Assembly: GCA_964016885.1 (NCBI GenBank)
Contig: OZ024757.1
Location: forward strand, 18,724,001 to 18,788,000
Source: Eledone cirrhosa
Taxonomy: Eukaryota
Length of the DNA: 64,000 nucleotides
Reading direction: 5' to 3'
Shown here: positions 28,029 through 46,050 of the stretch, piece after piece
How the letters are laid out: every line of letters starts with the position of its first letter
Position numbering within the stretch: position 1 is the first letter of the stretch
Position numbers and translations under genes: made by a program
The notes under the pieces: generated by a model
The model's database searches: none
What the model was told of the DNA's origin: nothing
What the model saw: only the letters and a program-made list of their open reading frames with translations

Positions 28029-30181
28029 TAATAATAACCAACTGGAAATCACCAGGCCCAGATGGTGTGCAGGGGTATTGGATTAAACATTTAACATCCC
28101 TCCACCCGAAGCTGACGGCCATGTTCAATGACTGCTTGGTGTCGGGTGAGGTGCCAGAGTGGTTGACAAAAGGTACCACAGTTCTGATAATGAAAGACCG
28201 AATCAAGGGTAATGATGTTACCAACTATAGACCTATCACATGTCTGCCCGTAATGTGGAAACTGTTGACGAGCATTGTGTCTGAGGAAATCTACCATCAC
28301 CTCCACACAAACAACTTGTTGCCGGACGAACAGAAAGGATGCCGAAAGAAGTCACGTGGTACAAAGGACCAGTTGCTTATTGATAAGATGGTAATGGGGA
28401 ATTGCAGGAGGAGACACACTGATCTTGCCATGGGATGGATAGACTACAGAAAGGCATTTGACATGGTGCCTCATTCCTGGATCACCAAAAGCCTGGAGAT
28501 CTTCAGGGTGGCAGATAACATCAGAGAGTTGCTGGGCAGGAGTATGGGGTCCTGGGAGACAGAGTTGACATCAACTGGAGTATCCTTGGGAAGCGTGAAG
28601 ATCAAGAGAGGTATCTTCCAGGGAGATAGCCTGTCCCCTCTGTTGTTTGTCCTTGCCCTGATGCCCTTGACCATTATGCTGCGAAAAGTGAGAGCAGGAT
28701 ACAAGTTGGGAAGGGGAGAGCTTACCATCAATCACCTCCTCTTCATGGACGATCTTAAGCTCTTCGGGAAAAGTGAGAAGGAGTTGGATGTGCTTGTTGA
28801 CACTGTCCGTATTTTCAGCAGTGATATATGTATGCAGTTTGGTATTGGTAAATGTGGAGTCATTGTGATGAGGAGGGGTAGGTTGAGCAGAAGTAACGGG
28901 ATCCAGATACCAACAGGTGAGATGATAAAGGAAATTGACTCTGAGGAAGGATACAAGTATTTGGGCGTTCTGGAGGCTGATGGCATAAAGAACAAAAAAA
29001 TGAAGGAATTGTTAAGAACTGAATACATTCGGAGAGTAAGGAGCGTATTGAAGTCACATCTGAACAGCAGAAATGCCATAAGCGCAGTAAATTCCCGAGC
29101 TGTGTCTATTATTAGGTACAGTGCGGGAATTCTGAGATGGAATGTTGCTGAACAAAAAGAAATGGATAGGAAGACTAGGAAGCTATTGACTATCTACAAC
29201 ATGTTCCACAAGAGGAGTGATGTCGATAGACTCTACCTAAGGAGATCTGAGGGTGGAAGAGGTCTTATCAGCATAGAGGACTGTGTTCAGATGGAGAAAA
29301 ACAACCTATACAAATACGTGACCTATAGTAAGGAGCCAATGCTCAGAGCTGTACTGAAGGAGGGGAGAGTAGGCCAGGGGATACCCAAGGAGGAAATAAC
29401 ATCAAGGAGGAAGAGCAGCCTTAAGGGAAAATCCCTTCATAGTACCTTCTTTGAGAAAACTGAATTTAGAGATCCACAGACATGGAACTGGTTGAGAAGA
29501 GGAGACCTCAAAAAGGCTACAGAAGGAATGCTAATGGCTGCGCAGGAGCAGGCCCTCAAAACGAAGTGGTTGAAGCACCATATCTACAAGGAGGAGGCTA
29601 GCCCACTGTGCAGGATCTGTGGAGAGAGAGAGGAGACTGTGGCTCACATTGTGTCCGAGTGTAAACACCTAGCCCAGACCCACTATAAGGGCTGGAGACA
29701 CGATGTGATGGGCAGGGTGATCCACTGGCACCTGTGCAAAGTAAACAATCTACCACATTCTGAGAAATGGTATGAGCATAGGCCAGAGGCGGTGATGGAG
29801 AACAGTCAGGTGAAGGTGCTGTGGGATTTTAGGATACAGACGGACAAAAAACTGGAACACAATAGACCTGACCTGGTGGTTGTGGACAAAGAAAAAAGAT
29901 CGTGCCTGATTGTGGATGTGGCCTGCCCGTTCGACACGAGAGTGCAAGAGAAGGAGAGGGAGAAAATTAACCGATACCAGGACCTAAAGTGGGAGGTGAA
30001 AAGGATTTGGAACTGCCATGAAGTCAAAGTGATCCCGATTGTCATAGGCGCACTGGGGACTATCTCCAAAGGTTTCCAGGGATGGTTAAAGAAAATCGGC
30101 CCCTTCACGCTTTTTGGAACGCTTCAAAAGGCATGCTTGCTTGGAACGGCAAGAACCCTCCGATACGTCCTGAATATCTGA
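28025..30181 (+). CDS. R4/Dong-clade non-LTR retrotransposon ORF (RT + CCHC + restriction-like endonuclease), 5'-truncated
   Basis: [75 protein letters not shown]...IVDVACP, EKINRY; no stops over 718 aa; ATG is supplied by the microsatellite. Confidence 0.92.
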
Positions 30182-30267
30182 GGCTGCAGGTAGTGGCTTG
30201 ATATTCAATCCAACGGACTTTCCAGTTAACCAACATCAATGACTGAGATTCAAGGAATAACAATAAC

Positions 30268-30292
<25 letters not shown>
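28039..30292 (+). mobile_element. R4/Dong element extent, with (TAA)n on both sides
   Basis: (TAA)n at 27981-28037 and ~30256-30292; ~75-nt 3' UTR. Confidence 0.85.
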
Positions 30293-30319
<27 letters not shown>

Positions 30320-30329
30320 AAGGGAAAAG

Positions 30330-30362
<33 letters not shown>

Positions 30363-30484
30363 TATACACACATATATATATACACATATACATACACACA
30401 CACATACATACATATACATACATATATACACACACACATACATACACATACACTCACACATATATACACACATACATTAATAAC

Positions 30485-30521
<37 letters not shown>

Positions 30522-32029
30522 GCAATAATAATAATAACGACAACAACAATAATAATATACATATTCATATATATATACACACACACGCACGCACATAAGC
30601 ATATCTACACACACACACACACACAAACACACGATAGCAACTAACAGTGCTGCGATCGAATGTGGCTTTTTAGCCCAGCCAATGATCTAAAATGTCTTGC
30701 ACAGAGTCGGCAACCAAAACATTTACTGGGAATAGTCGGCTGTGGTTGGAGTTCGTGTACTTTTGCATGTCGCTTGAGTCCTCCTGCTGATTTACATTCT
30801 CTACCACATGTTTGGCAAGCATGGTGAGTAGCATCTCCAACAGCAGCCTGGTAGTCAACCACTGGTCTTACTTTATGACTGCGAAGATGACTTTCGAGTC
30901 CAGCTTTGCTTAGGCAGAGTCTCGCACAGACGCTGCATGTCAGAAACATAGGAGGACCCTCGCCGTCTGGAAGTGCAACAGCAATACCCTTCCTCACGTC
31001 CCGCTTTACTTTCTCGTGTGCGATTCGAGATGCCTCAAAGGCAACTTTTCCCTCATATACAGTCTTTCTCCATTTATTACGATCAGCAGCAATATTTTCC
31101 CATGTATCAGCAGAGATGTTAGCGTCTTTCAGAGAGGCTTTCAAGGAATCCTTATACCTCTTTTTTGGTTTATGTGGCGGTCGTTTTCCTTTAACCAACT
31201 CTCCATACAAGAGTTGTTTTGGTATTCTAGAATCCTTCATCCTGGCAAGGTGACCACTCCAACGGAGTCGCTGCTTAAGCACAAGAGCTTCTATACTGTC
31301 ACACATAGAGCTTTCCAAAATCTCGACATCACTGATGTGGTCCCTCCAGTGAACGCCATGTATCCGTCTGAGACACATCTGATGGAAACGCTCCAATTGC
31401 TTAAGGTGGCGTCGATATGTGACCCAGGTCTCGCAGGCATAAAGAAGACAAGAGAGTACACATGCCCGGTACACCTTTACCTTTGTCCTCCTGCCCTCTG
31501 TCTCGCCGACCCCAGAGTCGCCTTTCTAGCTTTCCGAAAGCATCACTTGCTTTCCTAATCCTAAGTGAGATTTCACTGTCAAGGTTGCCGTATCGATTGA
31601 CAGTGCTTCCCAGGTAGACAAACTGATCAACCACTCCAAGTCGTTTGCCATACACATAGATGTGTAGATATATACATATATATACACACATACATATATA
31701 TACACACACATGTATATATATATACATATATATATATATATACACATATATATATATATGTGTGTATATGTGTATATATATATATATAAATATATTTGTA
31801 TATATATATGAGTGTATATATATATATGTGTGTATATATATATATATATATTATACATACATGTGTGTGTATATATGTATATATATATGTATACAGAGAA
31901 GAGGTATATATACACCCAATACTATATACACCAGGTCGTTGGTCAGGTTGACACAATTTACTACCGCCAACCTTGTGTTGCATCTCATTATTAGAATTAC
32001 TGTTCCACGTAGACCACACCACCCGTATA

Positions 32030-35575
<3,546 letters not shown>

Positions 35576-35671
35576 CAATTTCATTATAAACAGCTACACG
35601 TGCATACTAAATGTGTGTGTATGTATATATGAATGTATGTATAAATGTATATATATATATATATATATATA

Positions 35672-36001
35672 CCCGACCTCCCATGGGTACAAACTGAAGC
35701 ATATAGACAATATGCCCCCACACCCCCCACCGCAAGGTGGTCGTGGAGGCGCCACGGCAAAAAAAGCACCCAGCCCACACTGTAAAGTGGTCGTGTAGGC
35801 GCAACGGAAAAGCACCCAGCACTCACTGTAAATGAGGTTGGTGTTAGGAAGGGCATCCAGCTGTAGAAATCAAGCCAGAATCAGTTCCTGTATGAGCAAG
35901 GTATGGTCAGCCGACCAGACCCTGCCCACAACAGGACAACCCGTCTAACCCATGCTAGCGTGGAAGAACGGACGTAAAACGGTGATGATGATGATGATGA
36001 T
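35672..36001 (+). mobile_element. Retroelement/SINE ending in (GAT)n
   Basis: gttaggaagggcatccagctgtagaaa...aacccatgctagcgtggaa..cggacgt..(gat)n; reverse copy at 37643-37990. Confidence 0.75.
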
Positions 36002-36174
36002 ACATTTATGTATGTACGTATGTATGTATGCGTGTATCTATATATGTTTGTATGTTTATATATATATATGTGTGTGTGTGCATGTATGTATGATATATTG
36101 AGTCATCAAGTATGAAACTTGTAGAAATTTTGGTTTTTTTTCTACAAATTATTTCAAATTTCATAGTTGAGGGC

Positions 36175-36211
<37 letters not shown>

Positions 36212-36215
<4 letters not shown>

Positions 36216-36633
36216 AACAAGAAATTAAAAGATGGTTAAAAGAGTTCCATATATTCTATTATGTGCATTTCAATACAAAATCATCCTGGGACAAACATTG
36301 TGTTCTCATCAGATAAAATAAGGTAACATGATATGAGGCATAATAGCACTTGTTTACAGGAAAGTGCTAAGTCTACATATGTAAACACTTTGCTGTAAAC
36401 AAGTGTTATTATGCCTCATATCATGTTACCTTATTTTATCTGATGAGAACACAATGTTTGTCCCAGGATGATTTTGTATTCGAAATGCGCATAATAAAAT
36501 ATATGGAACTTTTTAACCATCTTTTAATTTCTTCTTTATTATATATACTCCAGTTCTACCAACTGTTGAGTGCTACTTATCTGATATATGCATAGTTTTA
36601 TTGTTCTACAATATTACTCACCTTCTACATATA
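36212..36633. mobile_element. Back-to-back inverted HHR element; HHR + at 36432-36501, decayed - copy at ~36252-36320
   Basis: ~150-bp IR arms; tattttat-CTGATGA-gaacacaa..ttgtattc-GAAA-tgcgca-TA-ataaaata. Confidence 0.85.
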
Positions 36634-37073
36634 TTTCTTTCTTATTGCTTCCTCTCTCTCTCTGTATCTCTCACCTTATTTTTACCCTCTCTGCCAGTCA
36701 CTCTCTCTCTCCGCTGGCCTCTTCCTCACACTTCCACTCACTCACTCTCTGCTTCTCCCCCTCTCTCATTTCCTCCCGTTTGACCTGTGTGAAATCCTTT
36801 TCTCGCTCACATCTCACACAGCTCGGATGGTCTGTATCTCTCCTCGTCTATGATTTCACCGAACTTAAGTTCACAGATATCACGGACTTGTTTCTCCCCT
36901 CTTCCTATCTTTCCGTTGCATTACCATCTTTGTTTGTGTACATGTCTCGTTCGCTTCTCCCTATTTTTCGTGTCCCAATAACGTTCTTTAGTTATTGCTC
37001 GCACCAGCCAGAGGTATATGATCTTTAAAGTGATGAAATACCAATGAAGGTTGGAAGATCACTGATGAAGGAC

Positions 37074-37148
<75 letters not shown>

Positions 37149-37177
37149 ATTTATATATATTTATATATATATATATT

Positions 37178-37355
<178 letters not shown>

Positions 37356-37356
37356 A

Positions 37357-37406
<50 letters not shown>

Positions 37407-37513
37407 ATTTTTATATATATATATATATATATTTTTATATATATATATATATATATTCATATATATATATATATATTTTTATATATATATATATTTTTAT
37501 ATATATATATATT

Positions 37514-37544
<31 letters not shown>

Positions 37545-37595
37545 ATATATATTCATATATATATATATATATATATTTTTATATATATATATATT

Positions 37596-37632
<37 letters not shown>

Positions 37633-37642
37633 ATATATATTT

Positions 37643-37990
37643 ATCATCATCATCATCATCATCAACGTTTAACGTCCGTGTTCCACGCTTGCATGGGTTT
37701 GGACGGGGGTAGTCCCACTTGAGGCAAGAGTGATTGTCTTGCTCGCATAGGACTGTCTGGCAGGTTTTCTACAGTTGGATGCCCTTCCTAACACCAACCA
37801 CATTTACAGTGTGGGTCTGGGAGGTTTTTACCGTGTTGCCTACACGGCCACATTACAGCGTGGACTGTGTGTTTTTTTGTCGTGACACCTACACGATCTC
37901 ATTTGTTTCGGCCCGGATGGCGCGGCACCAACATAACTTTACATAGGACGGGGTGGTGTGGATGGGGTGGGGGTGGTGGTGGTGGGACGG
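37643..37990 (-). mobile_element. (GAT)n-tailed retroelement/SINE, reverse copy
   Basis: Homologous to 35672-36001. Confidence 0.75.
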
Positions 37991-38050
37991 GGTGTATTTT
38001 GTTAGAGATGCCTACTGGCAAGGCGGGTCTTCTCTGTTACTGAGTATATT

Positions 38051-38682
<632 letters not shown>

Positions 38683-38683
38683 T

Positions 38684-38716
<33 letters not shown>

Positions 38717-38717
38717 T

Positions 38718-38752
<35 letters not shown>

Positions 38753-38753
38753 T

Positions 38754-38814
<61 letters not shown>

Positions 38815-38897
38815 TTATATATATATATTTATATACAGTAGATACCCTGTACATTATATATATATATATATATAAATATAAATATATATATATAAAT

Positions 38898-39490
38898 ATA
38901 TGAAATATATGAAATATAAGAATCAAAGAACTGTTCAAAACATTATTGTGCTTACAGCTGTTTCCTCCAAACCGAGGTTTGGATTCTTCGGAGCAATTTA
39001 TTAATGCATGGACAGTTATATGACCTCCTTTTCAGCCGAGAGACATACCAATACATATTCAAACATTGATACATATTCAAACATTGTGGGTCAACATTCA
39101 TTACAGAATTTAGAGTGGCAGTACACACTTCGAGATTACATTTATATTCATACATACATACATACATACATACATACATACATACATGTCTCTCGGCTGA
39201 AAAGGAGGTCATATAACTGTCCATGCATTAATAAATTGCTCCGAAGAATCCAAACCTCGGTTTGGAGGAAACAGCTGTAAGCACAATAATGTTTTGAACA
39301 GTTCTTTGATTCTTATATTTCATATAACTGCTCTGTAAATCATCTGATGTTTTTACATTGAGCTACTTAACTTACTGGTAATAAGGTAGTAATACATTAC
39401 TGCCTACCACTATTTAGGGTGTGTGTAAAATACTTACAACTGCTTAAGGTTTTGTGTTTACATAACCATAAATAGTATAACTAATACTAT
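38898..39490. mobile_element. Inverted element with core-variant HHR (CCGAAGA): + at 39237-39283, - at 38949-38995
   Basis: ~140-bp IR; tgct-CCGAAGA-atccaaacc tc ggtttggag-GAAA-cagctg-TA-agca. Confidence 0.8.
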
Positions 39491-39557
39491 ATATATAAAT
39501 ATATATATTTATATTTATATATATATATATATTTATATATTTATATATATATATATT

Positions 39558-39589
<32 letters not shown>

Positions 39590-39791
39590 TATATATATAT
39601 TTATATATATATATTTATATATATATATTTATATATATATATATTTATATATATATATATTATATATATATATATATATTATATATATATATATATTATA
39701 TATATATATATATTATATATATATATATATTATATATATATATATATTATATATATATATATATTATATATATATATATATTATATATATA

Positions 39792-39867
<76 letters not shown>

Positions 39868-39874
<7 letters not shown>

Positions 39875-40614
39875 ACAGGGTATCTACTGCAAAAATATTC
39901 GAGAGTGACTCTGCTCTCCCCAAACACGGTCGGTCTACCAGTATAGAGTCTTTTATATTTGAACACCAATTAAGATGGAGTGGTCATGTGGTGAGAATGG
40001 ATGATGATCGCATCTCTAGGCAGTTCCTGTATGGTGAATTGATCGAAAGTAAACCTCCGGCGCACAAGCCAAAATTCAGGTACAGGGATTGCATTAAAAG
40101 CATTCTGAGGAAGATGAAAGTGTCGGAGAATGACAGGGAGATCCTCTCTTCCTGGAGGAAGGCAGTGCATGATGGGAAGGGAGAATTTGAAAGAAACTGT
40201 GTTGGGCATGAACAGCTCAAGCGGTGTGTTCGTAAGGGCCCTGAGTTTGGTTTGTCTAAGTATCTTGGAATGAAGGGTGATTTAACCCTTAAAGAATTTG
40301 GCCGGTTATGTCTAAGTAGAGCGAGCTTTGGAAGTCATCGGAGAAGCCATGTACACGGGGACAGTGTCAACTGTGCCTTGTATGGCATGGCATTTCTGTT
40401 TGTGGGGAATGTGGAAAAGGGTGTTCTTCAGTAGGTGGACTGAATCGTCATTTGAAAGTGCTCAAGGACCGTAACACCTACTGTGAGAGGCCTTCGTTGT
40501 TGCAGCGACTGTGCAGAAGTGTCCAAGTCCTTAACAGGACTAAAAAGCCATGTCCTTGCTGCTCATGCTTAAGTATCAAGCGATAGCATTACTCGAAATC
40601 TAACTGCAACCATC
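39868..40614 (+). mobile_element. Decayed RTE LINE 3' fragment
   Basis: QLRWSGHVVRMDDDRISRQFLYGEL...HKPKFRYRDCIK; degenerate zinc fingers; RTE-type tail. Confidence 0.85.
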
Positions 40615-40703
40615 ACTGTATGTCTGTATGTATGTCTGTCTGTCTGTCTGTCTGTATATATATATGTATGTATGTATGTATGTATGCATATATGTATGCA
40701 TGT

Positions 40704-41025
40704 ATGATGTTGACTTGTTCTTCTTTTTGGTAAATATCATCTTGGTTAAGAGAGTGGGACTGGCTTTGTGCAGTGCCTTTGCTCACTATAAAAGCTTCAC
40801 GGCACAGGCATTGCTTTATATCTGGAGATCTCTCTGCACTTGTCGTCACATGGTACCATGGGCCCAGCACTGTGTGTCAATAATTGTCACAAGTGTAGTG
40901 TTTGTACCAGAGTTTTCAAGTCGCTGGCTGGACTAAAAAGTCACACTCGTTCAGCGCATCGGTAGGGGTCCTCCTACATGGATATAAAGTAGTGGCCGTA
41001 CTCGAAAACGAGTTGGCAGCCACCA
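40704..41025 (+). mobile_element. RTE-derived element, 5'-truncated copy 3, in (GTAT)n
   Basis: Matches 784-1103. Confidence 0.8.
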
Positions 41026-41039
41026 TGTATGTATGTATG

Positions 41040-41071
<32 letters not shown>

Positions 41072-41202
41072 ACCTTCAAAGCACAGGCATTGCTTGTTCA
41101 GGATATATAACAGGTTTGTGTGACTGGTCGTAGCCTAAAAGTGCACCAAATTCTATAATCTGACAAGCGATTGTAGTACTCTTAGCAGAGTTTGCAGGTA
41201 TC

Positions 41203-41237
<35 letters not shown>

Positions 41238-41287
41238 TGTATGTATGTATGTATGCATGTGCGTATATGTCTGTATGCATGTCTGTG

Positions 41288-41328
<41 letters not shown>

Positions 41329-41648
41329 ATGTATGTGTTATGTAAGTGTGCGAGCCTATATATAAAAACATGTATGTATATATAAAAACATGTATGTGAG
41401 TGTATATGTGTGCATATGTGTGTGTGTATATGTGTGTTTGTGTATCAACTAAGATAAAAGAAAACTTCCACATCAGTGGGCATTCCATCTATTCCAGGAA
41501 GACTCGCAGACATTGCCATGAGAAAGAATATTGGACAATTCCACGGGGATTCACTAGAGACGAATACCAAATTAACCAAAGACTATTTATCTCAACGAAC
41601 ACATTTTCTAGCTATATATATATACACCCCACACACACACCCACACAT

Positions 41649-41679
<31 letters not shown>

Positions 41680-41680
<1 letters not shown>

Positions 41681-42319
41681 GGTGGCTGCCAACTCGTTTT
41701 CGAGTACGGCCACTACTTTACATCCATGTAGGATAACCCCTACCGAAGCGCTGAACGAGTGTGACTTTTTAGTCCAGCCAGCGACTTGAAACCTCTGGTA
41801 CAAACACTACACCTGTGACAATTATTGACACATAGTGCTAGGCCCATGGTAGGACAATTATTGACACATAGTGCTGGGCCCATGTGAGGACAAGTGCAGA
41901 GAGATCTCCAGATATAAAGCAATGCCTGTGCCGTGAAGCTTTTATAGTGAGCAAAGGCACTGCACAAAGCCAGTCCCACTCTCTTAACCAAGATGCTATT
42001 TACCAAAAAGAAGAACAAGTCAACATCATTGGATACCATCAGGGTTGCAGGTGTTATATCAGAGTTTTCCTTCTCCTAGAATTCTGCCTTGACTAAGGCT
42101 AAAGGGGTCATCTCTCCCGGTGATTTTGGATGGCCATTGACTCTTAAGAGCTCCTTTGCCCTTTGACAGGTTTTGTTTTTAGTCCTGCAGGATGTCCAAA
42201 GTCACCCTCCTCACCAAGAAACCTTGGTGGGGTTGCCAGTTTAGTCGCCAACGACCCGACCATGAGACAGGTTGTACTGGGATACATGTTACCAGTAGCA
42301 CCAACTGGTGACCTGACAT
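41680..42319 (-). mobile_element. RTE-derived element, full copy 4
   Basis: Reverse complement of 506-1103 with a small internal duplication. Confidence 0.8.
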
Positions 42320-42381
42320 AATATATATATATATCCATACTTACATACATATATACATACATATATATATATATATATATA

Positions 42382-43305
42382 CTAGCAGTGGTACCCGGCG
42401 TTGCACGGGATAAGGTATTTTGGAACGCGGGCCGCCAACCGACCTAATCGTGGAAAAACTGTATGTGTGGACAATATGTAAAGAAAATAAACCGAATACT
42501 CTGATGGCTGCATAATCTTTAAGATTTTCCTCGATGAAGCAGGAAAAATGCAGGTTTTCACCTAATGCGGGCCCTGGGGGATCAAGAAAATGAATTTTTT
42601 AAATGTGCATAATATTCCTTGAAATTTCGGGAAAATGGGCTAGACGTAACGCCTCAAAAAAGCCCTAAAGAGCTGAAAAAATGAAGTTTTTTTACCTAAT
42701 GCGGGTACTAGACCATAAAAAAGTTGGATTTTCTTTGCTCACGGTATGAAGAAGAGACTGACCAATACGTAGTTACAATTTCAAGGAAATCATTCTGACG
42801 TAACGACTAAAAAAAACAACCTAAAAACCTGAAAAAAACGCCGTTTTTCAACTAATGCGGGCCCTAGGGGATCAAAAAGTTGAATTTTGTTATGTGCATA
42901 TCACTCCCTGAAACATAAGTAATACACATGTAAAGTTTGAAAAAATCCGGTTGGGTACTTCTCGAGTTTTAGGGATTCAAACTCACAGACACACACAGAC
43001 ATCCCCAGGGAAGTGACGTAATGGAGACAGCCAGACATACAGACAGATATTATAAGGTCGCGACGTTATATGTATGTCTCTATCTAAATAGAGAAAGACT
43101 AAGAATTATAGAGAGAGATCGCTAAATCGCCTAATGCGGTCCCTAGGGCATTGAAAGTTTGAAATTCTTTTTTGCTCAGAACACTTCCTGAAGCATAAAT
43201 ATTACATGTGTAAAGTTTGAAAACAGTCGGTTGGGTGGTTCTCGAGTTTTAGGGATTCAAACTCAGACACACACAGACAGACATCCTGAGTTTTATATAT
43301 ATAGA
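42382..43305 (-). mobile_element. Non-autonomous Helitron
   Basis: Minus strand starts A|TCTATATATATAAAA and ends with hairpin cccgtgcaacgccggg then CTAG|T; internal repeats (ctaatgcggg units). Confidence 0.85.
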
Positions 43306-43315
43306 TATACATACA

Positions 43316-43408
<93 letters not shown>

Positions 43409-43583
43409 GTTATATAGTAAGGTGCATTATTGGTTGTGTAAAATGGTCCAATAACTTTATGTTAGCAATATTAAGTTCTCCACGCTTTTGTATATCTCCA
43501 ATTCCATTCGAGGGAACAGCTAGATGATGTAAAACCGAGTATAAGTATCACAAGGAAAATCCGAAGGCAAGGTAAAATTCCAA

Positions 43584-43671
43584 TCATTTAATCACGACAC
43601 ATGTTTCAATAAGAGATAGATCGATTGTGAAGCCATGATCGATTATCACTGATCTCATCAGGTGAAAATGA
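43584..43671 (-). ncRNA. Type I hammerhead motif
   Basis: tcattttcac-CTGATGA-long stem II (gataatcgatcatg..caatcgatctatc)-GAAA-catgtg-TC-gtgattaaatga. Confidence 0.75.
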
Positions 43672-43929
43672 ATTGTCTTCAAATTTTTGATATGAGGGAG
43701 TAAAAATAACGATGTTCACTCACAGAATTCATTCCCTCATATGGAGACACACCAGTCAGTCAGAGACAAGGCGACTGCTATTAGCTTTAGTTGAGGTCAT
43801 AAAAGTTTTCAGATTTCTATCGCTGCAAAAGACGCTGGACATCAATCAAATCTGTAGGGATACAGTCAGTCACAGTTAATGTGAGTGGGTACACACACAT
43901 TCCACACCCACAAACACCGGCTCGAGGTC

Positions 43930-43987
43930 AAAGATGTTACACTTAACCTCAATTCAGGACTCTTCCAACCTTACCACAAACCCAACC
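43930..43987 (+). pseudogene. Penelope-like RT fragment
   Basis: DVTLNLNSGLFQPYHKPN resembles the PLE RT motif FLDvTl.l..g.y.pY.KPn (from recall). Confidence 0.55.
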
Positions 43988-44004
43988 TTACCACAAAAAT
44001 ATTT

Positions 44005-44063
44005 GCTGTTATATATATTTCGGTGATAACCGTTAAGAAACAATTACGGCCTCATCAGACAGC
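44005..44063 (-). ncRNA. Type I hammerhead motif
   Basis: gctgt-CTGATGA-ggccgt..acggtt..cc-GAAA-tatata-TA-acagc. Confidence 0.8.
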
Positions 44064-44820
44064 TAGAATTTGGACAGAAAAACAACACCACTAGCTTTAA
44101 CAATAACAACACCAATACCAACAACGCCACCACCAACAACACCATCTCCACCACCGCCACCACCACCACCAACACCACTAACAACATCACCAACGCCACC
44201 ACCACCACCAACAACACAGCTCATAACACCAACAACAGCACCACCTCCAACAACAACAACAACAACACCACCGCTAACAACACCACCAACAACAACACCG
44301 CTAACAACACCATCACTACCACTAACAACATCAACACCTCCAACAACACCACCAACACCAGCACTAGCAACACCACCAACACCACCACTAACAACACTAC
44401 CACCAACAACATCACCAACACCAACATCAACACCTCCAACAACACCACCAACACCACCACTAGCAACACCACCAACACCACCACTAACAACACTACCACC
44501 AACAACATCACCAACACCAACAACAACACCACCGCCACCGGCCTCGTGGTGCCAATGGCTTAGATGTTTCCACTAATTTAATTAATGTTGGTTCCATTGG
44601 CAACGAGACTTTGGAGTCTAAATGATTATATCAATTGGATATCTTGGAGCAGTTACAATGGCGCTATAGCGAGTTGTTTGTGTGGGCGGGCATGGTGGGA
44701 ATATCGTGACACACATACACACACACACGCACTCACACACACACACATATACATATTTATATATTTATATATACATATATATATTTATATATTTACATAT
44801 ATATATTTATATATATATGC

Positions 44821-44898
<78 letters not shown>

Positions 44899-44977
44899 TT
44901 ACATATATATATTTATATATATATGCATGTATATATATATATATACACACACACATATATATATTTATATATTTACA

Positions 44978-45372
44978 TACGATATTAAATAAATGGAAAT
45001 TATATATATTTCAGGGATATCATATTAAAAATATGTTATGCCTTCTTCAGACAAAATACAATATAAACAGTCTTATAAATAGATAGATTCGACATACCTT
45101 TCAACTTCGACTTGCATTTGAAAAGTTGATTTGAATCTATGATTTGAATCTATCTATTTATAAGACTGTTTATATTGTATTTTGTCTGAAGAAGGCATAA
45201 CATATTTTTAATATGATATCCCTGAAATATATATAATGAAATAAATATGGTTTTATAAATATAATTTCCATTTATTTAATATCGTAAATATACTCCAAAT
45301 ACTTGTTGAGTGCTTTTATATCAGTTATAAATATTTACTCGTTGTAACCCAACAATTTAAATAAAACTTTGC
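44978..45372. mobile_element. Inverted HHR element; HHR + at 45178-45243
   Basis: tattttgt-CTGAAGA-aggcataacatat..atatgatatccct-GAAA-tatata-TA-atgaaata; left arm is the reverse complement with a deletion. Confidence 0.85.
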
Positions 45373-46050
45373 ATATATATTTACATATATATTTATTTAT
45401 CTGTTAGACACGCAGTGACTAACAACAGAATGTTTTAAGTCTGCGTGTCTGACATATATGCGTAGCTTGTGAATAAAAAATTCAAGGGGTTTCGCTGGCC
45501 GTGGTGATCCCTGCCAAACGTCTTTTATAATGTATCGTCTTATTGGCTAATCAACCAATGAGAATAATTGTTGTTCAAAAGCATCCGCCACTTTGTTTGC
45601 ACGTTTATTTATCGTTTCACTTTCGAATCTCTCTCCTGTATTTCGTCGTTTATCATCAAAATATTTTTCTCGTTTTGGTAATTGTTAATTTATATATGAT
45701 TTTTAAAATTTATATTAACTATTTTTTTTTCAGTTCGTTATAACATACTTATAATATTGGTTGTATCATATTTACTTGTATATTTGTCCATATTATTGTT
45801 CGTTTTATGTTAGATTATTTTATTAGTATTATGTTAGATTATTTTTTATTATTATGTTAGACTATTTGTATGTAATATTTAATTTTTATTAATTCAACTA
45901 TAACAATTATTATGTAAAATATATTTATTTAATATTGATTGTTTTTTGTAGTTGTTTATATTAAAAGTCTGAAAATATTTTTATACATCTTACAATAATA
46001 TTTATAAGATCATTTATAAAATAACAATTATCGAATCTAATTACATTACA

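Larger units (their letters stand above)
27919..31660 (-). mobile_element. 5'-truncated RTE LINE (coding remnant 30641-~31660, 3' tail 27919-27958), interrupted by an R4/Dong element
   Basis: FVYLGS...[12 protein letters not shown]; LLYACETW; RLRWSGHLARM; three C2H2 fingers; one frameshift near 31490; tail matches other RTE-type tails. Confidence 0.85.

Noticed and set aside
37055-37080. CTGATGAaggacta at an element end (relative at 51383)
   Set aside because: Truncated by a TA tract with no GAAA/stem III, so not counted as a ribozyme
45540-45565. Paired ATTGG/CCAAT boxes as a promoter
   Set aside because: No supportable downstream gene or TSS; could be a transposon subterminal sequence
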